A stretch of 62,375 nt of DNA, counting the filler, from Choristocarpus tenellus KU-1152 (Eukaryota > Protista > Phaeophyceae), in the NCBI GenBank assembly GCA_964200185.2. It is 14 parts of 14 records of this genome, joined end to end, with 100 filler letters (N's around TTAATTAATTAA, not from the genome) between each part and the next. Parts side by side here need not be neighbours in the genome. Positions count along the whole stretch, not along the records: positions 22,597 to 26,448 come from CAXNAD020017569.1; positions 26,549 to 29,459 come from CAXNAD020023714.1; positions 29,560 to 33,039 come from CAXNAD020019750.1; positions 33,140 to 36,992 come from CAXNAD020017565.1; positions 37,093 to 40,965 come from CAXNAD020017459.1; 9 more parts are not named here. One strand, 5' to 3'. Both the position numbers and the translations under genes were made by a program. Below the pieces are notes generated by a model. It was not told the origin of the DNA. It did not search any database and was given only the letters and a program-made list of their open reading frames with translations. Shown piece by piece: positions 24,653 through 37,518 of the stretch. Each line of letters starts with the position of its first letter. Position 1 is the stretch's first letter.

Positions 24653-24845
24653 AGCCGGAGAAGCCATGATCACGATACCAAGCTTGGCTTGACAACTTCT
24701 TCTGAAAGAGGCGAGGGAATTCGATTAACCTAGTGGTATTATGACGGGAGCCGGAGAAGTCACGATCGCAATACCAAGCTTGGCTTGACAACTTCTTCTG
24801 AAAGAGGTGAGGGAATTCAATTAACCTAGTGGTATTATGACGGGA
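24653..24845 (+). repeat. Two-copy tandem repeat, ~96-bp unit
   Basis: AGCCGGAGAAG...ATACCAAGCTTGGCTTGACAACTTCTTCTGAAAGAGG...TTAACCTAGTGGTATTATGACGGGA twice. Confidence 0.92.
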
Positions 24846-25046
24846 ACGTTATCTCGTGGTTACTGAAAATCTTGTCAAGCATGACTGATGATAAATCTTC
24901 CACCTGCCCGCACACCATCTGTCCAATCGACTTCTTCAAAACTCCCTGAGGGTCTACGAGGAATACGACCTCCACAGATGTTATGCCCGGATCGTCGGCC
25001 ATACACCTGGAAGGAGGCAACGAGACTTCTTCGAGGAAGAGAATTG

Positions 25047-25496
25047 TGTTGGAACCTGAATCGAATACATCGTACATGTAAGCAAAATGCATAGACTACG
25101 AGCAATGAGGAATCATGGTGTTGCAAAGCACCGATGAGTGATATGCGTAGTCTATGCTATGGATAGATGTGATTGTGCTGCAAAGCACTGATGTAATATT
25201 CTGCTGTAATTGAGGTCATTGATCTCTCAGTCAAGAATGATGCGATGTGAATTCAATATTCTTGGTTGCTCAATCCAGAATCATCCGATGTGAATTCAGT
25301 GTTCATTCATGAGATACTCAACGAAAGAAGTCCATGCTCTGTGGAGAGGTTTGTTACCTTGGCTGGCAAGGGTTTTCACGGATGGTTTTAACTCTGATTA
25401 TATTAGATCCAGGTGTGAAGGTGGTACACTTATTGCAGGGTGAACTTGGTGCATTGTGAGGGATCAATTGCAGCCACGAAAGAAATGTAATCAACA
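25047..25496 (+). mobile_element. Solo-LTR-like element
   Basis: TGTTG...CAACA inverted termini; second copy at 15322-15680; TSD not evident. Confidence 0.6.
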
Positions 25497-25861
25497 ATCA
25501 ACGTACAACTGTCATCTTCTGGTGATAAGAAGGAGAAAGAGGTGGAACTGTATCGTATCAAGGAGCAAACAGATGAGTAGCCTGTTTAACAAATTGGACA
25601 CATCGTTCCTACCACAACCGTCCTGGTTCTCGTACTGCTTGTGACAGCGGCACGATTGTGGTGTCATGTGGGTTTGAGGTGGCGCCCGAGGTGGCACCTC
25701 AGCAACCCTCGTTGGCAGCAACAACCACATAGGCCAAACGAAGGGGTAGGAGAGGTGAGCTAACCAATACCACGAAGTGACTTTGTACGAATTCACTGCT
25801 GCTATGACTCTCTGACTCAACAGAGGTTGCCTCAAGCCTTTGGGAAGAACAGTTCAAATAA

Positions 25862-26384
25862 TTGAAACCTGATTTCGTATGAGTTATGTGCTGTTGTGAT
25901 TTGTGAGGAAGGAAGTCTTAGCGCAACAAAGTACTGGTGAATTTGTTCTGGTAGGTCTGATGACATGTTGTATTCAGTCAGAGACAGTATTCGAAGTGAA
26001 GGTATTTTTGGTTGTGCTGTGATTAGAACGATTAGAGTCAAGTGTGTGTCATAGTGCAAGACACCTGCGGATACAGTTTGATGTGTCTGAAGGGATGTCT
26101 TACTCAATCAGACTTGGGTTGAAGTGAGAAGGGTACTGATGTGTTTGTAGCATAATATTTTACTCAAGTAGACGGTGATTGATAGAAACAGTGCGGTCAT
26201 TCATTGAGACATTCAAATGAAGAAATTCATCCTCTGTGAAGAGGATTGTCACCTTAGCAGAGAAGGGTTTCGGAGGATGGTTTTAACTCTGTTTATATTG
26301 CATCCCGGCGTGCGTCTTACACGTGTTGCAGAGTGATGGCTTTCGATGGGGCAATGCCATTCAAGTGAAAAATAATAATCAACA
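25862..26384 (+). mobile_element. Related solo-LTR-like element
   Basis: Begins TTGAAACCTGA, ends TAATCAACA; shares GGATGGTTTTAACTCTG with the 25047 copy. Confidence 0.55.
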
Positions 26385-28199
26385 CATGCTATGTAACTGA
26401 TTACTTGCGTCATGGAGATGAAGAGACCCAAAGTATCTGGGAGGGGGGNNNNNNNNNNNNNNNNNNNNNNNNNNNNNNNNNNNNNNNNNNNNTTAATTAA
26501 TTAANNNNNNNNNNNNNNNNNNNNNNNNNNNNNNNNNNNNNNNNNNNNGGTCCATTTTTTGCGATTTTTTGGTGATATGGTTGCATTCGTCGAATGGATA
26601 ATGTAGGTGCCCCCAGGTGTAGACCCCCCCCCCCCTCCCAGATACTTTGGGTCTGAGCGGAGACAACAACGAATAATGGCTATGTAAAAATGTATGATGA
26701 CACAGGCCTGAAGAAGCAGCTACGGAGAGCAGACTGTTTAACATGTACGCGACAGAGGGAGACTGTACATTACCTTTGTGCTGTTTATGGCGTTCAACAG
26801 TGTGTGGACTCCATAGGTAACTGCCATCTGGAGTGTTTTTTTGTAGTATGTTTTCCCCGGGTTAGGATTTCTGACATGTTAAATGATCTCCTCTTGTACG
26901 ATGAGTACAGCACCGGAAATAATGTCTGTATTTATATTAAGTGGTGGTAGAAGCAATGTCACCAGTCACTTGCTTCTTCAAGAGGGATTGGGAGTGAGGA
27001 CTCAATGCCAGAAATCTTCCCTCATGTCACCGTTCTCATTGATACTATTATATCCTCACCTTAGCACATTGTATTGTGTGGAGCGTTTCATTCCCCCTCC
27101 TACTACTCTCAGATTGACAATCCAAGCTTCACCCATCCCTCCACAAGAAGGGATCAAACAGACAGCGCGACAAGAGATGTGAGCGGTTTTGAAGAACCAC
27201 GAATTCGACCATAAAGTTCTTTGTGTCATGAACCACACACTTGTACCATCTGTGCTGGATTATTGCCCGTGTGCTCCATCCCTCTACCGCGGCCCAGAAC
27301 TTTTCAAGGTCATTTTGCAGGCACATCCACCGTTTTCCAGATGCAAGAGTTCCCCAGATATTTACACCTTTGAAAGTAGCTCATCCCCCATGTATGTAAC
27401 TGACCCTCAGAACAGGAGTCCTCATATTCGAACGGTCACGTTGGAACTGTCACACCCAATCTTTACCAGGATATATTTGTGGGTCAGAGTGTGGTTGGTG
27501 TGTTCCCGTTCAAAACATCCAATGCGGCATAGCGAGGAATTTGTGGTGATAGGAGGAAAACTTAAAACAGTCGACCTAGCAGGATGTCCAAGTCACACAC
27601 AACCATATTACAGAACCTTCAGCGCTTTCAGCCTTGATCATTCAGATTCTATACTCTAGTGATACATGGCTTACTATGTGCAAGGGACTGTGCATCCATA
27701 TATATAGTTTGTCTGAGTAGCTTCAAGTCATTGGCTTCAATAGGCTTTTATCAGACTATACAGTGTGCATGTTGCAGGAGCCCGCCATGGCTCAAGCACC
27801 CTCACTTCATCGTGTTCTCAATCAATATCGAATGTTAAGTTGCAGCCAAAACAAAAAGTTGACGTATGATTCCTGCGACACGGGAAGGTGTTCGAGACAA
27901 GTTGCCCCCTTGTGTGACATGGGATCAGCTCCTGTTCGAAGCTACTTGTAGCGTGTTTGTAGTATATAAACGCAAATTCCGTGGCCGCTCATTATTGCGC
28001 ATGTCAGTCCTTCAAGTAATGCATCGACTGACCTTTCACAAAGTTCTCTTTTTCAATCCTTCTGGTCACACATTGTGGTTACATTATTCCACGTTCACCA
28101 CTTGACTGTATCACTTTATGATAGATCGATCAACCCAAACCCCTTAGTTTAACCTCGACATCAATGGAGGCTGTGACCCTCCCCAAGAAATAACGACTT

Positions 28200-29394
28200 A
28201 CCCTCTAACAAACAACTCACCGTACTCCCTATAGTGGTGTTGTCCATACAGTTTGTGGGCCCCGCCACCCTCTTCCCAACACACCAACACCACCTAAATT
28301 ATCCGAGCAGGAAGGTTTTGACAAACAAGATCCATCATAATTTTATCAGTCGCAGAAAAAGCCTCCATGTCTACCTCGGCGTGTTTTCAAGCTCACCAGA
28401 CCACAGCCTCTTCCTTACCCCTGTGTGCTCCACACTGAAGTCATTCCCCCCTTTGTGTCTAAGTACTTGATTGTACACCACAAAAAGGAGCTGCCAACCC
28501 CTCTCAAGTGTGGTTTTCATCATATTCCTCATACTGTTTCTTAATGACCTTCACAATCTCCTTGATCGACCCAAACCGCTCCCCATCACCTGGCATTTTC
28601 AAAGACTTGAAGAAGCACAGGTCCATAATATTGAGACTGGGGGAGTTAGATGGCTGCATCACAAGCCTAATCGATCCTGCTCATACACATCCCCCTTTTC
28701 ATGGTTCTTGCTTGTCCTGTCTGCCGTTTTTGGCACACACACACGCCAAAGACCAAGCTTTCCATCAAGCTGTGAGTCGAATCTGGGCAAGCGTTATCTG
28801 CAATGATCATGGTTTTGGGTATATGACTCTTGTGCTGGACAGTAGGGGGCCCTGGAAGGTCGCTATCCTCCTCATACGGAAATGCCCTAACCCTTTCCCC
28901 ATCAGCCATCACGTAAAACCAGGTTTCAGTCACATGGACTGTGTTCACCATGGAGGCGTACACACCACGTTTCCGGTCCACTTGATCGCAGACAAAGTCC
29001 ATTCTCCATACCTTTTGCCACGATTTAAGCTTGGGTTGATCCAGCGGCAATTCGGCATGGCCCTCATATCATCCAACCACTCGTTTATGGTGCCTGTGCT
29101 ATAGTTCAGCCCCTTGGTGGCCATCTTCATTGTCACCTGACGCACTGTGTGTGACCGATTGTCGGATTTGATACTATGTATTGGGGCCATCTTGGTCGGC
29201 GTGAGCTCCGAAGGTCGCCCACTACGTGCCACCACCCCTAGGTCAAGCGTGTGGCCACGGGCGAGCTGATCGGCGACGTCGTCCCAGAGCCCTCGCATGT
29301 AACACTCAGACACTCCAAATCTGCTCAGAGGGTCGGCCCAACGTGTTGCAGCAGTTGTATACTCACGAGGGACCATCGTGAGGGCATGCTGCAC
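28200..29394 (-). pseudogene. Degenerate mariner transposase of plant-like DD39D type
   Basis: SGRPSELTP, PKLKSWQKVWRMDF, NTVHVTETWFY (cf. VHIDEKWFY), VQHKSHIPKTM (cf. KSHIPKVMF); frameshifted. Confidence 0.85.
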
Positions 29395-29786
29395 TACAAG
29401 CGCAACCCTGGTATTCAGGGATACTTCGACACCCTAGCTACGTGGGGTGTCGATGGGGGNNNNNNNNNNNNNNNNNNNNNNNNNNNNNNNNNNNNNNNNN
29501 NNNTTAATTAATTAANNNNNNNNNNNNNNNNNNNNNNNNNNNNNNNNNNNNNNNNNNNNCCCCCATCCCAACTCTTAGGGTTAGGAACCCTAACTCTCTT
29601 ACTCCAGTTCCATCGAAAAAATTACAGATTACATCTACATAATTAGCTCCTACTACAGCCAATACATTCCAAACGACTTGATTTTTCCGTTTTGTGGGGC
29701 TTGAGCTGAGCAATGCACCTGAGGAGTTGTATTTTTTTCTTTTTTTAGAATCTTATTTGGTGTGTATGCTCTTGTATGCCCCCTAG

Positions 29787-30059
29787 GACCTCACAGAGTG
29801 GGACACTATTGCTGGGGATGGAGACTGTGGCACCACTTTCAAAAGAGGGGCTGAAGCCCTTCTGTCTCTCTTGGATTCATCTTCCACCACTGGTGAAGTA
29901 GCTTTGACGGCTTGTGAAAAGGGCCTCCCAAAGGACGACCTATGTACTTTGCTTCGGGCCCTGTCTGATAGGTTCGAAACAGAGGGGAAAGGGGGGACTA
30001 CTATGATATTGAAGACGAAGAGTGCTCTTGCCTAGGGTGTTGGGAAGTGTGGTCCAGGG

Positions 30060-30091
<32 letters not shown>

Positions 30092-31878
30092 CCGTGTCCA
30101 GTATGTGACTCTGCATCATTGCTTCTATTGAAGATCACTTTGTCTCCCGATATCCAATATGTGTCCCTGTTTGACTTCTGTTTAGGTTTGTAACTGAAGA
30201 GTGTTTCATTTTTTAGTCTTGTGGAGAGTTCTCTGTTGTATAGATAGTAGTCGTCAATTTCGGCAGCGCATGTTGGTCATGTTCCCTAAGGAAGGCACAC
30301 ATGCACGAAACCCCCTCTCCAACTGCTCTTCTTTTTTTTCTTGGGTATGTGTATGTGTGCACCATCACCTTCCTTCCATATGTCCTTTCACATCTCTGTC
30401 TAGAACTTGATATGAATCCCTGACCATGACCTGCTGTTGCTGAAAATAGAATCACTTCACCCTGCCTGCCTGCCTGCCTTCCTCCTCCCCCTTCTCTCTC
30501 CTCCATCTTCCCAAACCCATCCTTATTGAAATATGTATATTATCTCTGTATTCTATTTTCTTCTTGTAGTGTCGGTGAATCCATGGGAGGAACCATGGGT
30601 GGCGTGCTCCAGATATTCTTTGGGGCTGGAGAAGCGAAGTTGGCTGCTGAAGTCAACCCAGTTTCTGGTGCTCGTGTTGGCAGTGGGGGTTGGCCAGAGG
30701 CGTTTGTGGCAGGGGTAGAAGGTGTAAAGGTTTATGGAGGGGCGGAGGTGGGAATGAGGACAGTTTTGGATGCTGTTGTTCCTGCAGCGGAGATACTGGC
30801 GAAGGAAGGGGCTTCTGGTGAGGATAGTTATCCCCACTAATGAGTGCTTTGAAAGTGTTTTGACTAGAACAGTGGTCTGAATGTTGTGCAACCGCCCTCT
30901 CTGTTTTTCGTGGTGTTTTACTTCTGTTTGCTTGCAGCAGTGATGTGTGTTGTTGGGGGACCGGCCCTTTTTTCGGACGGAGCAGGTTGCAAGAAAGTAG
31001 TGAGATCTGAGGTATGTTGTGTAGCAGTCAAGAGAGAGAGAGAGAGAGAGTGGTACTTTTACCATTAGTGAAAGGGAGGCTTGCAACTAAAACTAAAGGT
31101 GAGCAAGATCTTTCTGTTGTGTCACATGAGACAAAGACCCGTGTGAAGTGTGCACTACTATGGTTTGAATGGCGTGTATTGTGTTACTGCTGCTATCGCA
31201 AGTGTGGTTGGGTTTAGAATGGGGATGAGGTTCCACTGCTCACGTGCACAGCTGAAACATGCCAGGGATTGTTTTGGGAGGGCACTAAAATGACAAGCGA
31301 TTTAAGGCTAGGTTTAGAGGTTGCAGGAACTGCTGGTTTGTGCAGGGTACTAACTGAGACCTTTGGACTGCTTTCTTCTTCTTTTTTGCTCTGTGACCTT
31401 TTTCGTTGTTGGCGGTAGTGTGTCGTTTCCTTTCTACGAAGAATTGTTCTAATATTTTCTGTGCTTGCTTTACACGCCCAAGTCAAGTGTCTTCGCCTGT
31501 CACTACTTTTGTTCAGTAGCCATGTGTTGAGCCGCTAGCTCGGATCTGTTGTCAATGTCTCTGCTTAACCCCTAGGAGAACGATGAATATCATATCATCT
31601 ATCTGCAGCCCTCTCTCGTCATAGCACTCTGCCTTGTCACTCAGCTCTCTCAGTCCCTCCAGATAACCCCGACAACTTCCCCATGAAAACTCTTGACTGA
31701 AGGCTTTGCCTCGGCGGTGGCAGCGGCAGAGGCTGGCGCAGAGAGCACCAGAGGTATGGAGGCGTCTGCAGGTCGTGCAAACTACGTTGGGACTGATAGA
31801 TTGCAGGGGGTCCCAGATCCTGGTGCCAAGGCAGCTGCTGTGGCTCTGCGGGCGATTGCAGATGCCCTTGGTTGCTGA
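29787..31878 (+). CDS. DAK: Dihydroxyacetone kinase / triokinase, C-terminal Dak2 domain; exons 29787-29971, 30570-30817, 31703-31878 (5' part missing)
   Basis: [53 protein letters not shown]; phase-consistent GT-AG introns. Confidence 0.95.
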
Positions 31879-32861
31879 TTGACATGATGGAATGGGCACT
31901 CAATGGTTGAAGTGTCTCAGTCTGTATTTTGGTGTGTTTTTATCTGAGTGGGCTTGAAGAAGGCAGGTTACTCCTATGGAATCTCACCATCTGGCAACAA
32001 GGAATCGATATTGAAGAGAAATCTCTCTGAGTGCTTGTAATACTTATGTAGTAGGTGATGTCAGCCCTGCAGTATCTAAGATTGTTAGCGCTGGAAATAG
32101 GGACTCTGGGTCTGAAGTGTTTGATGTTCTGAAGTATGTGCTTGAGTTTGTTTCCAACAAATGAATATTGGAGCTTATGCAATTGGGGCCTATTCATTCA
32201 TTGCTGCCCAAGGAAGCCGCTGGGTGGTGATTATAATTCTCAATATTGGTGGGGTAGGTAGCAAACAAAGTGAGAGACAGCATTGAAGAGGGGGTTGGAT
32301 ATGGTCATTTTGAGTTTGAAAAGGTCCCTCTAACCTTTTGCAGTATACACCACACCTATGCCTGAAAAGCAGTTAACCCCCTTTGGACGGTGTGACTGTA
32401 GAGGATTACCAATAATCATATTGCTAGCTGAAAGCACCCTCTACAGTGCTTAAGACACAAAGTGAACCACATGGCAGGTGTAGAGGCTCTTAAAACTCAT
32501 CAACACCCCTCTCTTAGGTGGCCTCACTCAATAGTTCATATTCAAGAGTGGGTGGGAAATGCACCAATGACACTTGTCGATCACCTCCACAGATTTTTTT
32601 GTTTTGCAGGTTGGGACATGACCAAGGCTCACAATGGAGAGATACTTTGTATCCAACACACAGCTTTTTTGGTTGCCTGGGCTAATATCTGTGCCCTATT
32701 CCTGGAGAGTTTGATTGGGATATGTACCCTTGTGTATATCATACTCAGTGGGGTTGCTCGTGGGTTGAGAAAGTAGAATGCCAGCAATGGTCTACAAAGA
32801 GCTCTACATTTAAGCTCATCTTTCTTTCATAGGTTTTAAGCGTTTTTCACTGCAGACAGCA

Positions 32862-33039
32862 GAATGAAAGTCTCTTAGAGGGTACGGGTTTTTCCCTGTT
32901 TGTCCACTTGGGGCTTGGATTCCCATGGGATTTTTTATAACATTTTCCTACTCTAAAAAAGTATTTCTGAGTAGATAAAATGTATACATTATGAAAAGGT
33001 GTGTCGGGAACAAGGATATTGACACTTCCTAACAAACAC
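32862..33039 (-). mobile_element. MITE family A, partial at contig end
   Basis: GAATGAAAGTCTCTTAGAGGGTACG... family interior. Confidence 0.88.
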
Positions 33040-34723
33040 NNNNNNNNNNNNNNNNNNNNNNNNNNNNNNNNNNNNNNNNNNNNTTAATTAATTAANNNNN
33101 NNNNNNNNNNNNNNNNNNNNNNNNNNNNNNNNNNNNNNNCCCCCCCCACCCAGATACTTTCACCCTAGAAATACAGGTGAAGAGCAGATATGAAAAAGAG
33201 TAGCTTAAAATGAAAAATAGCCAAAACCTGTCTACCTCTGGTTTACTTTGGCTCGCTCCCTCTTGTGCTTTGCTGCACTGGACGCAGTACTGCCCTCAAC
33301 CTTTTTGGCAGTACTTCGCCAGACGTGGATATACCACTGCTTGACAAAGTCAGATACTAGGCACCTTCCCTGCATAATTCGGGGGCCATCACTCACTAAT
33401 TGCAAGCTATCCCCCAAGCAGTCATCTCAATCTTTGCCTTTTCCCTTAAGCCCGTTCCTCGACATGCCTGCCCCAGTGGAACAGTGGTATCTCAATGTTT
33501 AACAGATCAGAGGCTGGGAACCTTCATATTGGGTCATCTATTCCTGGACACCTTCCTCACTACAACTTTTTTCTCCTACCGTAGGGAGTCAGGAAAGCGG
33601 TCAAGTCAGGATTTTATCTCACAACTTCTGAATTTGTTAAGATTTTAGATACTCTCCTCCAACTCTGACCCCATGGCAGACAGTTGTAACTTGTCAGCGA
33701 CAAGAAGGCTGTTTCCAGGTGGAGGAGATGAAGTCCTCGACATAACGATGAGTCCATCATCGTTGGTGCCCGCATCACCCTTCTCCTTCTCAGAGGTGTG
33801 GCAATTAAAGCACTGTCTCTTCATTCTAATCGTTCCCATCCAGATCCACCATGCCTCGAATTCCATGAAGATGTTGTCCACACAACATTTGTGCCCAGTG
33901 AAGTGTTGGTGATCTTTGTGTGGCGGTAGTAGGAATAACACAACGCCTTTCCCTGTACACAGCATTGTCAGAGTGTGCAAGACATACACATGGGAAGGGC
34001 ATTGCTTTGATGATGTTTGTATGACCACAAACCCGATTCTCACCTCCTTTGGTATGGAATGCCTGTCCATGGTGTAGGATATCTGCCCAATGTTATCCCA
34101 AACATCCCTTTTAGGAAACAATATTGAGAATGGCATTTGTGTCAAAATGGCGTGCCTTACTGCCTGACATACCAAATTTAATCAGGCCTTAACATTCTAC
34201 TACTACTTCGAAAGTGTACACAAAATTTATTGCAGTATAACAGTACTGCTGCTACTACTACTAGAATATATACATTGATGTTGAATCTATGATACAATAT
34301 CATATCGTTAGAATTTCCACCTCAGACAAAATCAAAATGTTAGGGAGTATAAACGTTAAAAATAACCCACATGTCCAACGCTATATCTCTATTGTGAATT
34401 GTTACAAAAGGTATACTTTTCCATAAATATATTTGTTGTCCTCAAATGTAGGTTTCTTTTCACGAAAATCTGGTTTACCATTCAACAATTCTATCCGATG
34501 TAGGCAAGATCAACGTATTGTACACCTGTACTAAACTGTATCTACCTACACCACAAAGAGACTGGACAAAAATAAGATGGAAACTTCTACTTCGGAATGG
34601 GCTCAGCAGAAAATTGGAGTGAGATAAGGAGTGACGAGTGGTGGAAGTGCTGAACCCAGCGTCCGTTAACTTATTTGCAGTGGATACAGTTAGTAACTAG
34701 TAGGAGAAGTAAGTATTGTGTAG

Positions 34724-34983
34724 GAGTCAATGTATCTTAGAGGGTAGAGCTGCGTCCATTTGGGGGTCAAAATCCAATGTTGCAATTTTGATGTAATTTT
34801 GGTTATCGTGTTTGTTAGGAGATGTCAATATCCTTGTTCCCGACACACCTTTTCATAACGTATACATTTTACCTACTCCGAAATATTTTGGAATAGGTTG
34901 AATATCATTAAAAAACCCGTGGGAAGCAAAGCCCCAAATGGACAAACAGGGAAAAACTCGTACCCTTTTAGATACTTTCACCC
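34724..34983 (+). mobile_element. MITE family A, complete
   Basis: Both TIRs; flanks GTAG/GTAG. Confidence 0.92.
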
Positions 34984-35070
34984 GTAGAACTTACTAACTC
35001 TGATCACATGGACAGGGATAATCTCCAGATTAGAGATGAAGAAAATGCAATGAAAAAAATTTGATGTGCA

Positions 35071-35576
35071 TATTATTATACCCTCTGACATTTTGCAGAT
35101 GTGTCAGGGGAAAAGCCAATTTAATATCATAAGAACGCCTGTAAAAGTAACAGTTGTCGTAATGTGAAAGATATCTCTCAAAATCTATTTACTATTTGAC
35201 TACCAGCTATGCTACACCACTCCCCTGCTATGCCTCCAACCTAGCTTAACCCCACACATGTACGGTGAGGAGCTAGGAAAGCATCCCAAGAATCTGACAG
35301 GCCCCTCCTTGCCCGTCTCCTGGTGTCTCCGGCTTGATTGAGTCACATGACACGTCTTGATAGAGACACTTGAGTTATGACAGACACTTCTATCGTAAAC
35401 GAGTTTTGACAGGTCCTTTCCAAATATGTCGTTAAAAATACGTTCCAACGGAGTTATGTTGATAACATTAACTATTTTACAATAAGAAAGTTTATATCAC
35501 AAAAAGGGAGTTTTTCGGATAAAATTCGAGGGATAGTATATACTCTAAATTATAAAAACAGAGGGGTACAATAATA
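35071..35576 (+). mobile_element. Family D non-autonomous TIR element (~505 bp)
   Basis: TATTATTATACCCTCTG ... CAGAGGGGTACAATAATA inverted ends; left end forms a hairpin. Confidence 0.7.
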
Positions 35577-37092
35577 TAAAATTAACGCTGATTGTGCACT
35601 ATCCCAAAGAAGAGATTATGATACCACAATTGCTACATTATCTGTTGTTATCACGTGATTTACGTTTCCTAATATTAAGTGAAGGGATCGTTGGAGTATA
35701 TTTGTTTGGTTTCGCTCGATGCCACACTAAGGAAGACTGGGTAGCAGGGGGGTTGTTCTTTGTGGAGAGAGGAGGGGAGGCTCTGCCAGCTAGTAGCCAC
35801 AGTGCTCCAGCAGGTCGAGATGGAGAGGAGCAGTGGGGTGAGTGCTCCTGCGTAAACCTGTGGGGGTTGTGCTGAGGGGAAAGGAGGAGGAGGAGAACAT
35901 CTCCCACCGAGCAAGCATGAAAGGTGAAGGGGGAAGTTATGTGGTCTGTGCTTGGGGGAGAAGAGGAGAAGCTCCACCAGGCATCAACCACGGCACCTGG
36001 AGTAATGGTACAGGGTGGAGCTGTACCTGTGTAGAATGGGTGGACTATGGCAGGGAGGAATCTGTGCTTGCCTATGCTAAAATTGGTATAATCAAACGAA
36101 GTGTACACGTATAGGTGTGGGGTTTGTGCGTTACCTTGACCTTCAAAGTGGGCAACACGGAATTCTAATCCAAGAATGACGGCATCATCACAGGCCAGGG
36201 CCCTGCCAGACAGCATTAAAAAATTACAATCTGCCATCCCCTCAACAATCTTTACAAATCTGGACTACAGACAGAAGCTTACCGTTAGGTTAAAGAAAGG
36301 AAGGAGGACTGAGGGTCTGATCATAGTTGGAAGTATCCGCCCCTTCGCACCTAGCGATAGTTACTGGTGTAGTAGTAGCAATAATTAACTTTTCATATTT
36401 AATATTTACATATTTTGTTTGCTCTTGCGGTTGTTGACTAGAGAGAAGGAGAAGAATCATCTGACAATCGTTACTATTATAATGATGATCGCCATAGGTC
36501 AGTGGTTATGGACAGTTGGTCTCTACATGGATTTCCCAGCTTCAAACCCCGTCAACTGTTCGTGAGTATCTGTCTCCATGATCCGAAATTTTGTGGGAAG
36601 CACTGCCGATGGTACATACACCACATGTACTATATTGTTTCTGTCCCTTGAACTATGAAATTATAAACCTAGACGAGGTGGTTAGGTTTTCTGAGTGACG
36701 CCAAGGTAGATTAAGGACAAGATTCAAGGGAGTAGAGAGAGTAAGGAATGGCGGGATGACTAAACCCAACCCTCGAGAATCAAGGCATAACTGGAGGCAG
36801 TGCAATTGGCCAGTTAGATAACAGAGGTAACGGGAGAAGTAGTGCAGTGGCGTGTATATGAGTATAGTGAATCTGACCTCGGACTAGCAAGACAAAAAAG
36901 AAGGTACTACTCTGGAGTAGTAGTTATAACTAGATGAAGTAGTGTATGTTTGTACCTATCATCAGACACCCCCACCACCGCCTAAACGCCCCNNNNNNNN
37001 NNNNNNNNNNNNNNNNNNNNNNNNNNNNNNNNNNNNTTAATTAATTAANNNNNNNNNNNNNNNNNNNNNNNNNNNNNNNNNNNNNNNNNNNN

Positions 37093-37131
37093 CCCTGACA
37101 CATCTGCAAAATGTCAGAGGGCATAATAATA
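37093..37131 (-). mobile_element. Family D left end at contig start
   Basis: CCCTGACACATCTGCAAAATGTCAGAGGGCATAATAATA. Confidence 0.75.
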
Positions 37132-37518
37132 AAATATTGTTACTTTATAATTTTGTTTCCCGACTCAATGCGGTAAAACATGTATTCATTTATGGACTCT
37201 TCAACACCTTGACTGGTTCGCTCAATTTCAAGTACTAGATTCCCGAGATCAATTTCACTCAATTATTGGAAAAGCTCAACCGTTCGTCCAATTATATATA
37301 ACTTACAAGAAAGAGAATGCCGATATCTACTACTCCTATTTTACAACCTAATCTAGTAAGTTGCAGACCATATTGTAAGAAACCCAAACATCTAGTGTCT
37401 GTTACTCCACTGCTTAGGCACGCCGTGGACCACGCCTGAAAGTCTTCAGCAAGATAGGAAGAAGAAGAGAGAGGGAGGATTTCAAAACTCCATAGGGTCT
37501 GCTGTTCCTAATCCAGAA

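Noticed and set aside
24653-24845. CRISPR-like repeat array
   Set aside because: Only two contiguous units, no spacers, eukaryotic context
33190-34175. 176-aa minus-strand ORF and neighbours
   Set aside because: No recognisable motif or splice structure; likely decayed TE
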